From positions 2,080,001-2,144,000 of the forward strand of contig OZ253449.1 of assembly GCA_965261345.1 (NCBI GenBank): a stretch of DNA of 64,000 nt, read 5' to 3'. Below the pieces are notes generated by a model. The model was not told where the DNA came from, ran no database searches, and saw nothing but the letters and a program-made list of their open reading frames with translations. The number at the start of each line of letters is the position of its first letter. Within the stretch, counting starts at the first letter, position 1. A program made the position numbers and the translations under genes. Origin of the DNA: Chloroflexota bacterium (GTDB lineage Bacteria > Chloroflexota > UBA11872 > VXNJ01). Positions 1-10,429 of the stretch are shown here, piece by piece.

Positions 1-392
1 TCTGGCGCGAAATCGGGTACTTTACGGTCATTTATCTGGCCGGTCTGCAGGGAATACCGTCGGAATTGAAAGAGGCCGCCCGGATTGACGGCGCCAACGC
101 TATTACAACCTTCCGATACGTGGTCATTCCCCTGCTCATGCCGACCACTCTTTTCGTGCTGGTGCTGGGCGTTCTGCGGGCCACCCAGAACTCGTTTGCG
201 GTCATCTACGTAATGACTGGCGGCGGCCCGGTCAACGCCACCAACGTGATGGTGTTCTACATGTACCAAAACGCGTTTGAATTCTTCCGGATGGGATTTG
301 CCAGCGCGGTCTCGCTTTTCATCTTCATCCTGATCTTTTCGCTCTCGCTAATCCAGTTCCGTCTCATCGGCTCCCGAACGGAATACCTCTAG
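1..392 (+). CDS. Carbohydrate ABC transporter permease (UgpA/MalF type), 5'-truncated by the window edge
   Basis: Frame is open from position 3 (WREIGYFTVIYLAGLQGIPSELKEAARIDGA). Has the EAA loop, MTGGGP motif and hydrophobic C-terminal helix. Confidence 0.9.
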   Translation, partial: WREIGYFTVIYLAGLQGIPSELKEAARIDGANAITTFRYVVIPLLMPTTLFVLVLGVLRATQNSFAVIYVMTGGGPVNATNVMVFYMYQNAFEFFRMGFASAVSLFIFILIFSLSLIQFRLIGSRTEYL

Positions 393-1286
393 ATGGCCCA
401 AATGCAGGCCCTCCCGGCTTCTGCAGTACGGGACAGCGGAGTCACGATTCGCTCGCAGCGATCTCGCTGGGTGCACGTGGCCGGTCGAACCGTTCTCTAT
501 GTGGTATTGGCCGCCGGCATCCTTTACGTAACGATCCCCTACGTCTGGATGTTCTCGGCCTCCCTCAAGGAGGAGCGGGAAATCTACGAGGCCGGCCTAA
601 ATTTCCTGCCCAGTTCCTTTTACCTGGAAAACTACATTGAGGTCCTGCGCGATTACAAGCTGCTGCGTTGGCTGCTAAACAGCTTTGTGATCGGATTTAT
701 CGTAATCACTACCAATATGACCTTCACCGTCCTGGCGGGATACGCTTTCGCCCGACTGCGCTGGCCGGGTCGCAACTTCCTGTTTTTTGTTTATCTCGGG
801 GCGATGATGATCCCGATCCAGGTCCGCCTCATTCCGAGTTTTATCATCATCAAAGAACTGGGCTGGATTAACACTTACCAGGGAATTGCCTCGCTGCAAC
901 TGGTTGAATTTTTCGGCGTCTTCCTGATTCGCCAGTTCATGCTCAACATGCCGCGCGAACTCGAAGACGCCGCCCGCATCGATGGGTGCGGCTGGTTCCG
1001 GGTGCTCTGGCAGATCATCTTACCGAACTCCAAACCGGCCCTGGCGGCCCTGGCCATATTCACCTTTACGGCCTCCTGGAACAATTTCCTCTGGCCGCTG
1101 GTGGTGATCAACCAGGCCGACTACATGACGATCCAGGTCGGGCTCTCAAGCATGAAGGGCGAGATCATCCCCTGGGGCCTGCTGATGGCCGGCACCATGA
1201 TCTCGGCAGTTCCCCTGTTTATCGTTTACGTATTGCTCCAGAGCCTCTTTACCCAGGGCATCGTCATGAGCGGGATCAAAGGCTAG
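393..1286 (+). CDS. Carbohydrate ABC transporter permease (UgpE/MalG type)
   Basis: Several TM segments, ELEDAARIDG EAA motif and WNNFLWPL. Starts immediately after the upstream permease stop. Confidence 0.92.
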   Translation: MAQMQALPASAVRDSGVTIRSQRSRWVHVAGRTVLYVVLAAGILYVTIPYVWMFSASLKEEREIYEAGLNFLPSSFYLENYIEVLRDYKLLRWLLNSFVIGFIVITTNMTFTVLAGYAFARLRWPGRNFLFFVYLGAMMIPIQVRLIPSFIIIKELGWINTYQGIASLQLVEFFGVFLIRQFMLNMPRELEDAARIDGCGWFRVLWQIILPNSKPALAALAIFTFTASWNNFLWPLVVINQADYMTIQVGLSSMKGEIIPWGLLMAGTMISAVPLFIVYVLLQSLFTQGIVMSGIKG

Positions 1287-1581
1287 TTGGACTCGGCCGG
1301 CGGCTTTATTGACCGGCGGGCGAGCTTGACCCAATAGCCTGCGCTGGCGGTTGGCCCCACCGCGCGGACGCGGGAGTCCCGCCATCCTTAGGTGTCAGAG
1401 ATGACGTGGACGGAGATTCTAGAGGCTTACCTGGTTCGTAAATACCAAATCGGCAGCCGCTGCCTGGTCACTTTGGCTCAATTTATGCCATGTTAGGTTC
1501 GGTGCGCCGGCACTCTAAACGATCGACTAACGTTCGAGATCTAACAACCTAATGTGCGGTGGCGGCAGTCCGCCGCGGAAG

Positions 1582-2999
1582 TCAGGGTCGACCGACTCGC
1601 CATTGGCCAGATGGGGTAAATGCGGGCCCTTGGGCAATCAGCTTGCGTTTTTGTTGTGAGAGCAACACCCGCTCGGCCACCTCAGCAGGGTCGTAACCGG
1701 ACATTGCCTGGGCCCTAAGATCGGCCAGAACCCCGGCATAGTTCGGATTTCCGGCTTGGTCACATAGTTCGTCCGGGTCGGTTGCCAGGTCAAACAGCTC
1801 TTCGGGCTCGCCGTGGTAGTAGTTGTATTTGAGGTTTCCAACCCTTAGCATCCGGGCCGGCCCTTTTCCGCCGACCGCGGTGTAGTCGGCGATGACGGAG
1901 CCGACTGATTCGGGTTGCTTTCCTGATCCGAGCCCCGCAGGCTCTCGCCGGCCCAATAGGAGGGAGCCGTGGCGCCGGCGGCATCGACTATCGTGCGGGT
2001 GACGTCAACCAGGGAAACCGGTTGTTCAATCCGCCGCCCGCCCTCAATCTGTCCCGGCCAACGGATGTGCAGCGGAATACCGACCGAGTCTTCGTAAAAG
2101 GTTTGCTTGGTCCACAACCCGTGCTCGCCGTTGGCTTCACCGTGGTCGGAGGTGTAGATCACCAGCGTGTCGTCGGCTTGCCCGGAGTCGTCAACTGCCG
2201 CAAGCACACCTCCGAGGCAGTCATCGCAGTAGGTGACCAGCCCGTAGTAGGCCGCCCGCGCCCGGGCGATGAGCTCGGGCTCAATGTCTACGTAGGAGAA
2301 CCATTCGGCCAGTCGGCGCTTGTGCGGATGCATTTCGTCAAAGTGCGCTGGAATCCTGGGTTGGTCGGCGTGTTCAGGGTAGTACATGTCCCAGTAGTTT
2401 TTCCGGGCGACGAAGGGGAAGTGCGGGGTGATTAACCCAACCAAGATGGCCCACGGCCGTTCCGAATCAGCTTGCGCCCGGATATAGGTGCTAGCTTGGG
2501 CGGTGGCCACTTCGTCGTAGGCAGAATACGGGTCCTCGCCCGGTCCGGCCTGGGTAAAGATCGATTTATCAAAAGCCGCATTCTCAATGTTCCATTCGGT
2601 CCAATCAGCGGTCAATTTGGGGTTTGCGGTCCCGTGCACATCGGAGAGGATCCGGCGCTGAAAACCGTGCATCTGGTCGTAGCCCTGAAAGTGCATCTTG
2701 CCGCACAGTACGGTCTCGTAGCCGGCCGCGTTAAGGAGATGCGCCCAGGTGGCCTCGTCGCTACTAAAGCTCGCGGCGTTGTCCCACGCACCGATCTCGG
2801 GCAAATGCTGCCCAGCCATAAACGAAGCTCGCGAGGGCGCGCAGATCGGCGAATTGCAATATGCGTTGCTGAACGTGGAGCCCTCATCGGCTAGCCGTTG
2901 CATGTTTGGCGTTTTGACGAATGGGTGCCCGTAAGGGGCTGAAAAATTCCTTGAGTGCTCGTCACTCATCACGATCAAGATGTTTGGTTTTTTGCTCAC
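1582..2999 (-). pseudogene. Choline-sulfatase-like Cys-type sulfatase, split by a 1-nt frameshift near 1933-1936 (real lesion or sequencing error)
   Basis: ORF 1845..2999 has PNILIVMSDEH, CAPSR, GKMHF and SDHGE. The C-terminal region (ARMLRVGNLKYNYYHGEPEELFDL) continues in ORF 1582..1956. Adding one base to the 4-nt homopolymer joins the two. Confidence 0.85.
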
Positions 3000-3076
3000 T
3001 TAATGGTTCCTATCAACTAGCTATTGGATTGCAACGGTGCCCGGCTCAATGCAGCCACAGCAGGACGCTTGATTGC

Positions 3077-4504
3077 TTAGGAGAAGTTACCGTTCCGGAA
3101 TGGTGCTCCCCAGATGTTCTTACCCGCGCCGCCGACCATCTTCGCTCGCGAAAATTGCGAATCGGTGGCCCGGGCAACTATCTGGGCTGGATCCCAGTCG
3201 GCGAGCGCAGCCTCGGTCAGGCTGGCGACGGTGGAGGCATAGGCCGGATCGCTGGCCAGGTCGACCAGCTCGTGCCGGTCTTCTTCCAGATCGAATAGCT
3301 CGCTGGATTCGCCGTGGTAGTAGTTGAGCTTGAAACGGCCTTGCCGGATACTTCGGCCGGGCCCGACCGACCCGTGGGCGTAGTAATCACATATGGCTGT
3401 CCCGCCACCGTCGGCGATCTGGCCAGACAGCAGCGGCAAAAGCGAAGACCCTTCGCATTGCCCCGAATCAGCGGTAGCGCCCTCGAGCATGGTCTTGACC
3501 AGATCGACCAACGAGACCACGCGCTGGTAGCGGGTGCCGCCCTCGGTCAAACCGGGCCAGCGCACGATAAACGGAATGCGGGTGGAATGATCGTAGAAAC
3601 TGCACTTGTACCAGAGTCCTTTTTCGCCCAGCTGCTCGCCGTGATCGGCCACATAGGCCACGACCGTGTTTTCCGCCAGGCCGAAATTTTCCAAGGCGTC
3701 AAGAATCTGGCCGATCTTCTCGTCGGCGAAGGTGCACAGACCGTAGTAGGCGGCGCGGGCTTTGCGAATCTGCTCAGGCGGGATGTTGCGGGTCTCAAAA
3801 TGGTCGAGCAGGCGTTCGTTTTGCGGGTGCAGGGTGCCCGATTCGCCGACGCCGTGATTGGGCATGTCGACGTTATCGGGATAGTACTGGTAGTAATACT
3901 GGTCGCGGGCCACGAACGGAAAATGCGGTGTAAAGATCGACGCGCAGATGGCAAACGGCCGGTCCTGGCGGTCCGGTTGGGCCAGAAACTCGATCGTGCG
4001 GCGAGCCACCTCATCGTCGTACTGCTGGTGCTGGTGATCCCCAGGACCTGGGATTTTGGTCAGCCGAGGGGCGTTGCTGGGCGCTTCGCTGAAGCTGCCC
4101 GTCCGCCAATCAGGCAGAAATCCGGATACTGCACCGCCACCGTGGATGTCATCTAGCAGGCGGTACTTGAATCCATGCATCTGGTCGGCGCCGACAAAGT
4201 GCATCTTGCCGCAGAGGGCGGTGTCATAACCGGCTACGTTGAGGCGGTGCGCCCACGTGGCCTGATCGCTGCGCAGGGTGGAGTTGTTGTCCCAGACCTC
4301 GACCGCATCCACATAGCGTCCGCTCATAAACGAGGCTCGAGAGGGAACGCACAGCGGTGAATTGCAATACCCGTATTCGAATGTGGATCCGCTGGCGGCG
4401 AGGCGGTCAAGGTTTGGGGTGCGAACGATCGGGTGCCCGTAGACCGAACTGTAGTAAGGGTTGTGCTCGTCGGTCATGATGATCAGAAAGTTCGGTCGAT
4501 CCAT
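3077..4504 (-). CDS. Choline-sulfatase-like Cys-type sulfatase
   Basis: Motifs PNFLIIMTDEH, CVPSR, GKMHF, TPHFPF, ADHGE and WYKCSFY. Likely start is the ATG at 4504 (MDRPN). Tandem paralog of the downstream sulfatase. Confidence 0.92.
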   Translation of the reverse strand: MDRPNFLIIMTDEHNPYYSSVYGHPIVRTPNLDRLAASGSTFEYGYCNSPLCVPSRASFMSGRYVDAVEVWDNNSTLRSDQATWAHRLNVAGYDTALCGKMHFVGADQMHGFKYRLLDDIHGGGAVSGFLPDWRTGSFSEAPSNAPRLTKIPGPGDHQHQQYDDEVARRTIEFLAQPDRQDRPFAICASIFTPHFPFVARDQYYYQYYPDNVDMPNHGVGESGTLHPQNERLLDHFETRNIPPEQIRKARAAYYGLCTFADEKIGQILDALENFGLAENTVVAYVADHGEQLGEKGLWYKCSFYDHSTRIPFIVRWPGLTEGGTRYQRVVSLVDLVKTMLEGATADSGQCEGSSLLPLLSGQIADGGGTAICDYYAHGSVGPGRSIRQGRFKLNYYHGESSELFDLEEDRHELVDLASDPAYASTVASLTEAALADWDPAQIVARATDSQFSRAKMVGGAGKNIWGAPFRNGNFS

Positions 4505-4714
4505 GGCGGTCGATCCCAATTCGGTGCAAGGTAGCGGGCAGCTAAAAAAATCTCGTATCCATTAAATAGTCAATTGCGATCTCGATCCGCTTATTCCACC
4601 CTTCCCGGCTGTCCGCACAAGGTACCGGACACAACGGTCGGGCAAACCGGGCCTCCGATTAGCACAATTGAGCAACGACATTTTTAGAAAACCACGCCAA
4701 AGAGCTTTAGACCA

Positions 4715-5434
4715 ATGAGTGAGAACAAGGTGGCCCTGGTAACCGGCGGCAATCGCGGCCTGGGCCTGGAAATTTGCCGGCAACTGGCCGCCCGGAATTT
4801 CAATGTGATCCTTACGTCTCGCGACGAACGGTTGGGCGCGGTGGCGGTACAGCAGTTGGCCGCCGACGGGCTGGAAGTGCTCTATTGCCCGATGAACGTG
4901 GCCAAGTCATATACGGTGGATCGGGCAATCGAGTTTGCGCTCGGGTCGCTGGGCGGACTTGACGTGGTCGTAAACAATGCCGGTGCAACATTTGAATCGA
5001 GCCCGGCTGAGGGAACCGTGCAAGCGCTCTCCTGCACCGATGCCGCGCTGCTGGACAGCTTTCAAGTCAACGCTCTGGGAATCTACCGGGTCTGCCGGGC
5101 GGCGATGCCGGTGATGCTGGCGCGGGGCTATGGCCGGATTGTCAACGTGACATCGCGCATGGGCCAATTGGCCTCAATGAATTCTTCGGTTCCGGCCTAT
5201 TCGATTTCGAAAGCGGCCGCCAACGCGGTAACCCGCGTGTTTGCCGATCTGGTCGGTGAGGCAGACATCAAGGTGAATTCGGCCCATCCCGGGTGGGTCC
5301 GCACCGATATGGGCGGCCCCGACGCCGATCTGGGCATCGAGGAGGCGGCACAAGGTATGCTCTGGCTCACCAGTCTCCCTCCCGATGGCCCCAGCGGCCA
5401 GTTTTTCTTCGGCCGCGAACGCATAACCTGGTAG
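4715..5434 (+). CDS. Short-chain dehydrogenase/reductase (carbonyl reductase-like)
   Basis: TGGNRGLG, NNAG, catalytic YSISK and HPGWVRTDM motifs. Confidence 0.93.
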   Translation: MSENKVALVTGGNRGLGLEICRQLAARNFNVILTSRDERLGAVAVQQLAADGLEVLYCPMNVAKSYTVDRAIEFALGSLGGLDVVVNNAGATFESSPAEGTVQALSCTDAALLDSFQVNALGIYRVCRAAMPVMLARGYGRIVNVTSRMGQLASMNSSVPAYSISKAAANAVTRVFADLVGEADIKVNSAHPGWVRTDMGGPDADLGIEEAAQGMLWLTSLPPDGPSGQFFFGRERITW

Positions 5435-5480
5435 TAGATTGGTAACGGCAGCAGCGTGCGGAGCCACGGGCAGGCGGTAA

Positions 5481-5978
5481 ATGGGAGCTGAGACGAAGCC
5501 ACCGATGCGGGTCTATCGGTCAATCGATAGCAAGCTGGTTTCCGGGGTGGCCGGCGGGCTCGGTGAGGTTTTCGAAATTGATCCGACCCTGGTGCGCCTG
5601 CTCTGGGTGGTGGCCTTTTTTGTAACTGGCGGAATCGCACTGTTGGCCTACTTGGTCATGTGGGCGATAGTTCCCACCAGGACCAATATGCCAGACAATG
5701 ATCAGCCCACTGCCGGGGTTGGTGCCGATCAAGCGGCGGCCAATCCCGGCCCATCGGCCCCCGCCCCGGCTTCTAATGCAAGCCGTAGCCGAAGCGCGGT
5801 GATCGTCGGGGCGGTGCTGATCGCGCTCGGCGTGCTGATGCTGGCCGATCAGGTCATCCCGTTTAGCTTCTGGTCCGGCTTTGGAGACCTCGTCGAATTT
5901 ATGATCGATTACTGGCCGGTCTTGCTGATTGCCATCGGGGCCTTGATTCTGACCAGGCAATTGCGCAGAAGTAGCTAA
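5481..5978 (+). CDS. PspC domain membrane protein with a C-terminal LiaF/DUF5668-like TM pair
   Basis: YRS..SKLVSGVAGGLGEVFEIDPTLVRLLW...YLVMWAIVP is the PspC pattern. C-terminus has YWPVLLIAIG. Start may be 5505. Confidence 0.85.
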   Translation: MGAETKPPMRVYRSIDSKLVSGVAGGLGEVFEIDPTLVRLLWVVAFFVTGGIALLAYLVMWAIVPTRTNMPDNDQPTAGVGADQAAANPGPSAPAPASNASRSRSAVIVGAVLIALGVLMLADQVIPFSFWSGFGDLVEFMIDYWPVLLIAIGALILTRQLRRSS

Positions 5979-6017
5979 CTACCTGTCGCCCCGGGCGGGC
6001 GATTTCGCGCGCTAGCG

Positions 6018-6947
6018 CTATTTGAGCCCGTATGCGCTGCGTACGTCGGCAACCTTGGGGAAACCGTGTTGGCCTTGGTGATACCAGTTGTCAAAGAAAT
6101 TGTTGGTTTTGAACCACTCGTGCCGCCCGTCACCGGCTTCGAGCCGCACCCCCATCGACAACTCAGTTAGGCGCTCGGGCGAAAACTGCTCGAACTGCTG
6201 CCCAATCAGCGTGTCCTGTTCCATGTCGGCCAACGAGGCCATTCCACAGGAAAGGGTGGTAATCGGCTGTGAGAGCGCAAAGCCCCGACAATCGGCCGCC
6301 GTCTGGCCGCCGTCGGTTATGAATTGACCGAATCCACCCAGTGACTTCATCCCGATGCAGGCCATTCCGCGCGCGCTCACAATCGGGAGCACCTCGTTGA
6401 TAAAGCTGCGATAGGAGGCATCGTATACGTTGACCGGCATCTGCACGCAGTCCCAGCCGTCGAAGCGTTCGAGCATTTCGACCAGCATCTGCGGGTGTTT
6501 GTGGCCGGTAAACCCGACGTAGCGCGTCTTTCCGGAATCGCGGGCCTGAATTAGCGCCTCAAAGCACCCGCCCTCGGCAAAACACCACTCGGGATCGTTG
6601 TCGTAGTTGATCTCATGCAGCGAAATGAGGTCGACATGGTCGGTTCCCAGGCGGGTGAGCGATTCGTCAATCTGCTCCGCGGCGGTCTTGCGGTCGCGGG
6701 CGCAGACTTTGGTCGCCAAAAAGAGGTCATCGCGCAGTCCCTTGATGGCCGCACCGACCCGGACCTCGCTTTCACCTTCGCCGTAATCCCAGGCGGTGTC
6801 CATGAAGTTGACACCGCGTTCGATCGCCCCGTGGATTATCGAAATCGAGAGTTCCGGAGAGTTGCCCGGCCGGACAATGTGACCGCAGCCGACCCCGATG
6901 ATGCTAAGTTCGTCGCGATGGCGGCCAAAACGTCGGGTCGGGATCAT
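6018..6947 (-). CDS. Aldo/keto reductase
   Basis: DTAWDYG, ATKV, SLHE and VGFTGH motifs. Likely start is the ATG at 6947 (MIPTRRFG), not the longer ORF-track start. Confidence 0.9.
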   Translation of the reverse strand: MIPTRRFGRHRDELSIIGVGCGHIVRPGNSPELSISIIHGAIERGVNFMDTAWDYGEGESEVRVGAAIKGLRDDLFLATKVCARDRKTAAEQIDESLTRLGTDHVDLISLHEINYDNDPEWCFAEGGCFEALIQARDSGKTRYVGFTGHKHPQMLVEMLERFDGWDCVQMPVNVYDASYRSFINEVLPIVSARGMACIGMKSLGGFGQFITDGGQTAADCRGFALSQPITTLSCGMASLADMEQDTLIGQQFEQFSPERLTELSMGVRLEAGDGRHEWFKTNNFFDNWYHQGQHGFPKVADVRSAYGLK

Positions 6948-7112
6948 TACAGCGGCCTTTTTGGGCGGACGACAGCTAGGATTCTTGCCCGGTAGGGCCT
7001 TTCCGCCCGAGCCCGGGAACACAGCAATTGACTTTACCCTGATAATGATTTCGTAAGGATTTGACCGCGCGCCGCTCGTCGCCTTCTCGATGCGGATCCG
7101 GCAAAGTGGCAC

Positions 7113-8234
7113 ATGGCTAATTCGAATCGCCAGCTTGCGTTCGCCCAAGGCGGACGTGTAACGCGTCGCCGCCTGCTATCGGCGGTCGGCCTTGCTGCAG
7201 TTTCGGCATCGCTGTTTGCGAGCACCCCGGCAAGGGCCCTGATCGCGGCCCCGTTCGATGACGGGGATGATGGGGGCGCCGCCCGCGAGGAGGCGATTTA
7301 CATCCCTCAGACCGGTCACAACCTCACCGGTTCGATCCTCCACCACTGGTCCCGCTACGGTGCCGAATCGACCTATGGCTGGCCGGTTTCGGAAAAAACC
7401 GCTATCGGTGACCGGATCGTCCAATTTTTTGAACATGTGACGCTGGCCAACGACCCCACCGGGACGGAGCCGACCGGTGTGGTGGCGCTTCATTCGGGAA
7501 CTGATTGGTTTCATCGCCAGGCGGCCCTGCTAGGTTCACTGGACCGCGATTTTTCCGAAACCCTGATCCCCTGGGCTTGGGATGTGGGGATGCATCCGGC
7601 GATGAACGATCACCACCGCGACACCGGTGGCGTGTTCGCGTGGGGGAACCCGATCGACTGGGCCTATCTGCTCGATTCGCACACCTTGCTGCAACCATTC
7701 GAAAAAGCGGTCATAATCGCCCCGGCCGGCCTGCGGCCGGAACCGCTGCCGATCGGTCGTTTTTTGGCGCGCGAATACGGCAAATCAACCAGTGGGATCG
7801 CCCCGCTGCCCGGTGCGCGGCTCTACGACCCGGAGCGTTTGCGGCCGTCCTATGGGCCGCTGGAAGGGCGCTGGGTGGATGTTGACCTGACCCGGCAGCG
7901 AGTCATCTTCCATTCCACCGCGGGGCCGGAATTTGAGGTGATTACGTCCTCGGGCAAAGACGGCTTTTTCACCCCTCCGGGTCGTTATCTCGTCAACCGC
8001 AAGGTCAAGTCCGAGCAGATGACCGGGCTGTGGGGAACCCAAGAGTTTTACTACCTCGATCACGTCTATAACACGATCTATTTCACCTGGGAAGGGCACG
8101 CCCTCCACTATGCGTATTGGCATGATGACTTCGGAACCCGGCGTTCACACGGCTGCCTGAACATGCGCCTTCCCGATTCGGCCTACGCATTTGATTTCTG
8201 CCAGGTTGGGACCCAGATCAACATCCACTACTAG
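7113..8234 (+). CDS. Tat-exported L,D-transpeptidase (YkuD family)
   Basis: TRRRLL twin-arginine signal; YIPQTGH and YGWPVSE N-terminal repeats; VDVDLTRQ, TPPG and catalytic ALHYAYWHDDFGTRRSHGCLN. Confidence 0.9.
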   Translation: MANSNRQLAFAQGGRVTRRRLLSAVGLAAVSASLFASTPARALIAAPFDDGDDGGAAREEAIYIPQTGHNLTGSILHHWSRYGAESTYGWPVSEKTAIGDRIVQFFEHVTLANDPTGTEPTGVVALHSGTDWFHRQAALLGSLDRDFSETLIPWAWDVGMHPAMNDHHRDTGGVFAWGNPIDWAYLLDSHTLLQPFEKAVIIAPAGLRPEPLPIGRFLAREYGKSTSGIAPLPGARLYDPERLRPSYGPLEGRWVDVDLTRQRVIFHSTAGPEFEVITSSGKDGFFTPPGRYLVNRKVKSEQMTGLWGTQEFYYLDHVYNTIYFTWEGHALHYAYWHDDFGTRRSHGCLNMRLPDSAYAFDFCQVGTQINIHY

Positions 8235-8980
8235 TGTCTCCGGCTGGGGTGACTAGCTTGCCGGGAACAGGTGCGGACCCAGCCCCAGCAATCCTGTTAA
8301 TTGACGATGAACCGAACCTGGTGGCCTCGTTGCGCTACAACCTGCGCCTATCGGGATTTGCGATCCACGCATGCCAGAGCGCCGAAGACGGGATCGACCA
8401 TCTGGCCCGCAATCGGGTCGACCTCGTGCTCCTTGATGTAATGCTCCCGGGGATAGACGGATTCGAGGCCTGTCAAATAATCCGTCGCCGGTGGGCGGTT
8501 CCGGTGATCATGCTAACCGCCCGCGACGAAGAGGTGGACCGGGTGGTGGGCTTAGAAATCGGCGCCGATGATTATCTGTCCAAGCCCTTTTCGGCGCGCG
8601 AATTGCACGCCCGCATCAAGGCTCTTTTGCGGCGCTCCAAATTGACGGTGCAGGATGCTGCTACCGGCGACCGACCACCGGACCTGCTGGACCGCGATCT
8701 GATTCTGGATCGGGCCGGGCGGATGGTGGAAATAAACGGTCAGGTGATCGAGTTGCGACCCAAGGAATTTGACCTGCTCGAGTACCTGTTGGCCAATCGC
8801 GGCCGGGTTTTTTCACCCGAACAATTAATCGAGGCGGTCTGGGGGCATGACTATATCGACGACCCGCGCACGGTTCGGGTGCACGTTAGCCAGTTGCGGC
8901 GCAAGATCGAGGCGGATCCGGCCGCCCCGGTGCGAATCCAGACCGTGCGCGGTTCCGGGTACCGCTACGCCCGTGGGTGA
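8234..8980 (+). CDS. phoB: OmpR/PhoB family response regulator (probable phosphate regulon regulator)
   Basis: Receiver domain (LLIDDE, LLDVMLP, GADDYLSKPF) plus winged helix (RTVRVHVSQLRRKIE, TVRGSGY). Lies upstream of pstSCAB-phoU. Confidence 0.82.
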   Translation: MSPAGVTSLPGTGADPAPAILLIDDEPNLVASLRYNLRLSGFAIHACQSAEDGIDHLARNRVDLVLLDVMLPGIDGFEACQIIRRRWAVPVIMLTARDEEVDRVVGLEIGADDYLSKPFSARELHARIKALLRRSKLTVQDAATGDRPPDLLDRDLILDRAGRMVEINGQVIELRPKEFDLLEYLLANRGRVFSPEQLIEAVWGHDYIDDPRTVRVHVSQLRRKIEADPAAPVRIQTVRGSGYRYARG

Positions 8981-10340
8981 CGGGTTGGCAATTAGCACCA
9001 TCAGATTCCTGTTAATTCCGCTGGGATTTGTGGCGGCGGCGCTGGCCGGGGCACTGGTCCAGGGGTCGGCGGTGGGATTGGCAACGCTGGCAGTGTCGAT
9101 GGCATTCGGCGCCGTGGGGATCGCGATCGCCCTCTGGTACCGTAGGCTAACCGCAAGGCGGGAATTCGTTCTCGCCAGCGTGGCCCGCCGCCTGGGTTTT
9201 TCCAAGCTTGAGGACTCAGGTTATTTGGATGCCGCCGAATATGTCGCCCAGCGCCTACGGCATGGCCAAACGATGGCCCGCGAATTGCAGCATCTCTTAG
9301 CGAACATGGCCGATGGCGTGGTCGTGCTCGACCAGGATGATCACGTAGAAGTGATCAATTCGGCTGCGGCGAAGATGCTTGGAACCAGCCCACTGGAAGC
9401 CAGTGGGCTGACCTTAACTCGCCTGACGCGAGATTCGAAGCTGGTTGAACTGGTGGCCGGTGCCAGGCTCGAAAACACCGCCCGGCGGGCGGTGATCCGG
9501 CCGGTCCACCTAAATATGGCGATCCTGGCGGTGGCCATCTCGGTTACAGCTCAGCCCGGAAACCAAATTCTGCTGATCCTCCAAGACGTGACTGCCTCTG
9601 AGGGTCAAAGAGTCGCGCAACGCGACCTGGTGGCCAATATCTCGCATGACTTGCGGACGCCAGTGGCGGCGATCAAGTCGCTCAGCGAAGCGCTGCTGGC
9701 GGGGGCGGGCGAGCAGGTCGATCTGCGCGGTGATTTTCTAGCCCGGATTGATGCCGAGGCCGATCGCCTGATCGCGTTGACCGAAGACGTAATTGCAGCA
9801 GCCAAGGCGGACGCGCTGACCGATCGGATGGACTGCCAACAATTTGATCTTGCGGCAGTGGTCGGCGAACTCAAGCGGCGCCTGGACCCGTTGGCGCAGC
9901 GCGGCCAAGTGGACGTTCAGCTGGTCCAATCCGGTTCTCTGGTGGTGCTGGCCGATCGGGCGAAATTGGAGGTGGCGATCGCCAATCTGTTGCTCAATGC
10001 GATCAAGTTCACTCCGCCGGGGCGCTCGGTTTGGTTGGCGGTGTCCGCCGCCCATGGACATGCCCGAGTTACCGTTAGCGACCAGGGCGTCGGCATCGAC
10101 CCGACGATCCACGAGCGCATTTTTGAGCGGTTCTTTAAGGGGGACCCGACCCGCGCCAGTGCCGGTTCGGGATTGGGATTGACGATCGCCCGGCGCATGG
10201 CCCAACTGCACGATGGTCAGGTCAACGTTGCCTCGTCCGGCGTCGGTTCGGGCGCCGAATTCGAATTGAGCTTTCCGATGCGATCACAGCCGCCGTCCCT
10301 GGCGACAACGCTAGTTGACGATCCTCTAAATCGGAATTGA
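8973..10340 (+). CDS. phoR: PhoR-like PAS/HisKA/HATPase sensor kinase
   Basis: Two N-terminal TM helices, PAS (MADGVVVLD...INSAA), NISHDLRTP, NLLLNAIKF, DQGVGI and GSGLGL. Probable GTG start at 8973 overlaps the regulator's end. Confidence 0.82.
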   Translation: MGDGLAISTIRFLLIPLGFVAAALAGALVQGSAVGLATLAVSMAFGAVGIAIALWYRRLTARREFVLASVARRLGFSKLEDSGYLDAAEYVAQRLRHGQTMARELQHLLANMADGVVVLDQDDHVEVINSAAAKMLGTSPLEASGLTLTRLTRDSKLVELVAGARLENTARRAVIRPVHLNMAILAVAISVTAQPGNQILLILQDVTASEGQRVAQRDLVANISHDLRTPVAAIKSLSEALLAGAGEQVDLRGDFLARIDAEADRLIALTEDVIAAAKADALTDRMDCQQFDLAAVVGELKRRLDPLAQRGQVDVQLVQSGSLVVLADRAKLEVAIANLLLNAIKFTPPGRSVWLAVSAAHGHARVTVSDQGVGIDPTIHERIFERFFKGDPTRASAGSGLGLTIARRMAQLHDGQVNVASSGVGSGAEFELSFPMRSQPPSLATTLVDDPLNRN

Positions 10341-10429
10341 TATTCCGTTGATCTAAGCGGCCCGGACGCCACCGCGCACGTCCTATCTTCGTTGTGGGCA
10401 GCAAATAGCCACCTACAACGGGATCAGCA

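Noticed and set aside
1466-1498. Second dif-like sequence (TTATGCCATGT, or CCATGTTAGGT)
   Set aside because: Only 7-8 of 11 matches on one arm and no symmetric partner arm, so chance is likely.
1489-1600. Integron attC site
   Set aside because: Core sites are in the wrong order (GTTRRRY before RYYYAAC), there is no cassette array, and the recombinase shows no recognisable IntI-specific insertion.
7034-7060. Fur-box-like GATAATGAT upstream of the LDT
   Set aside because: Only the first 9 of 19 positions match and no iron-related genes are nearby.
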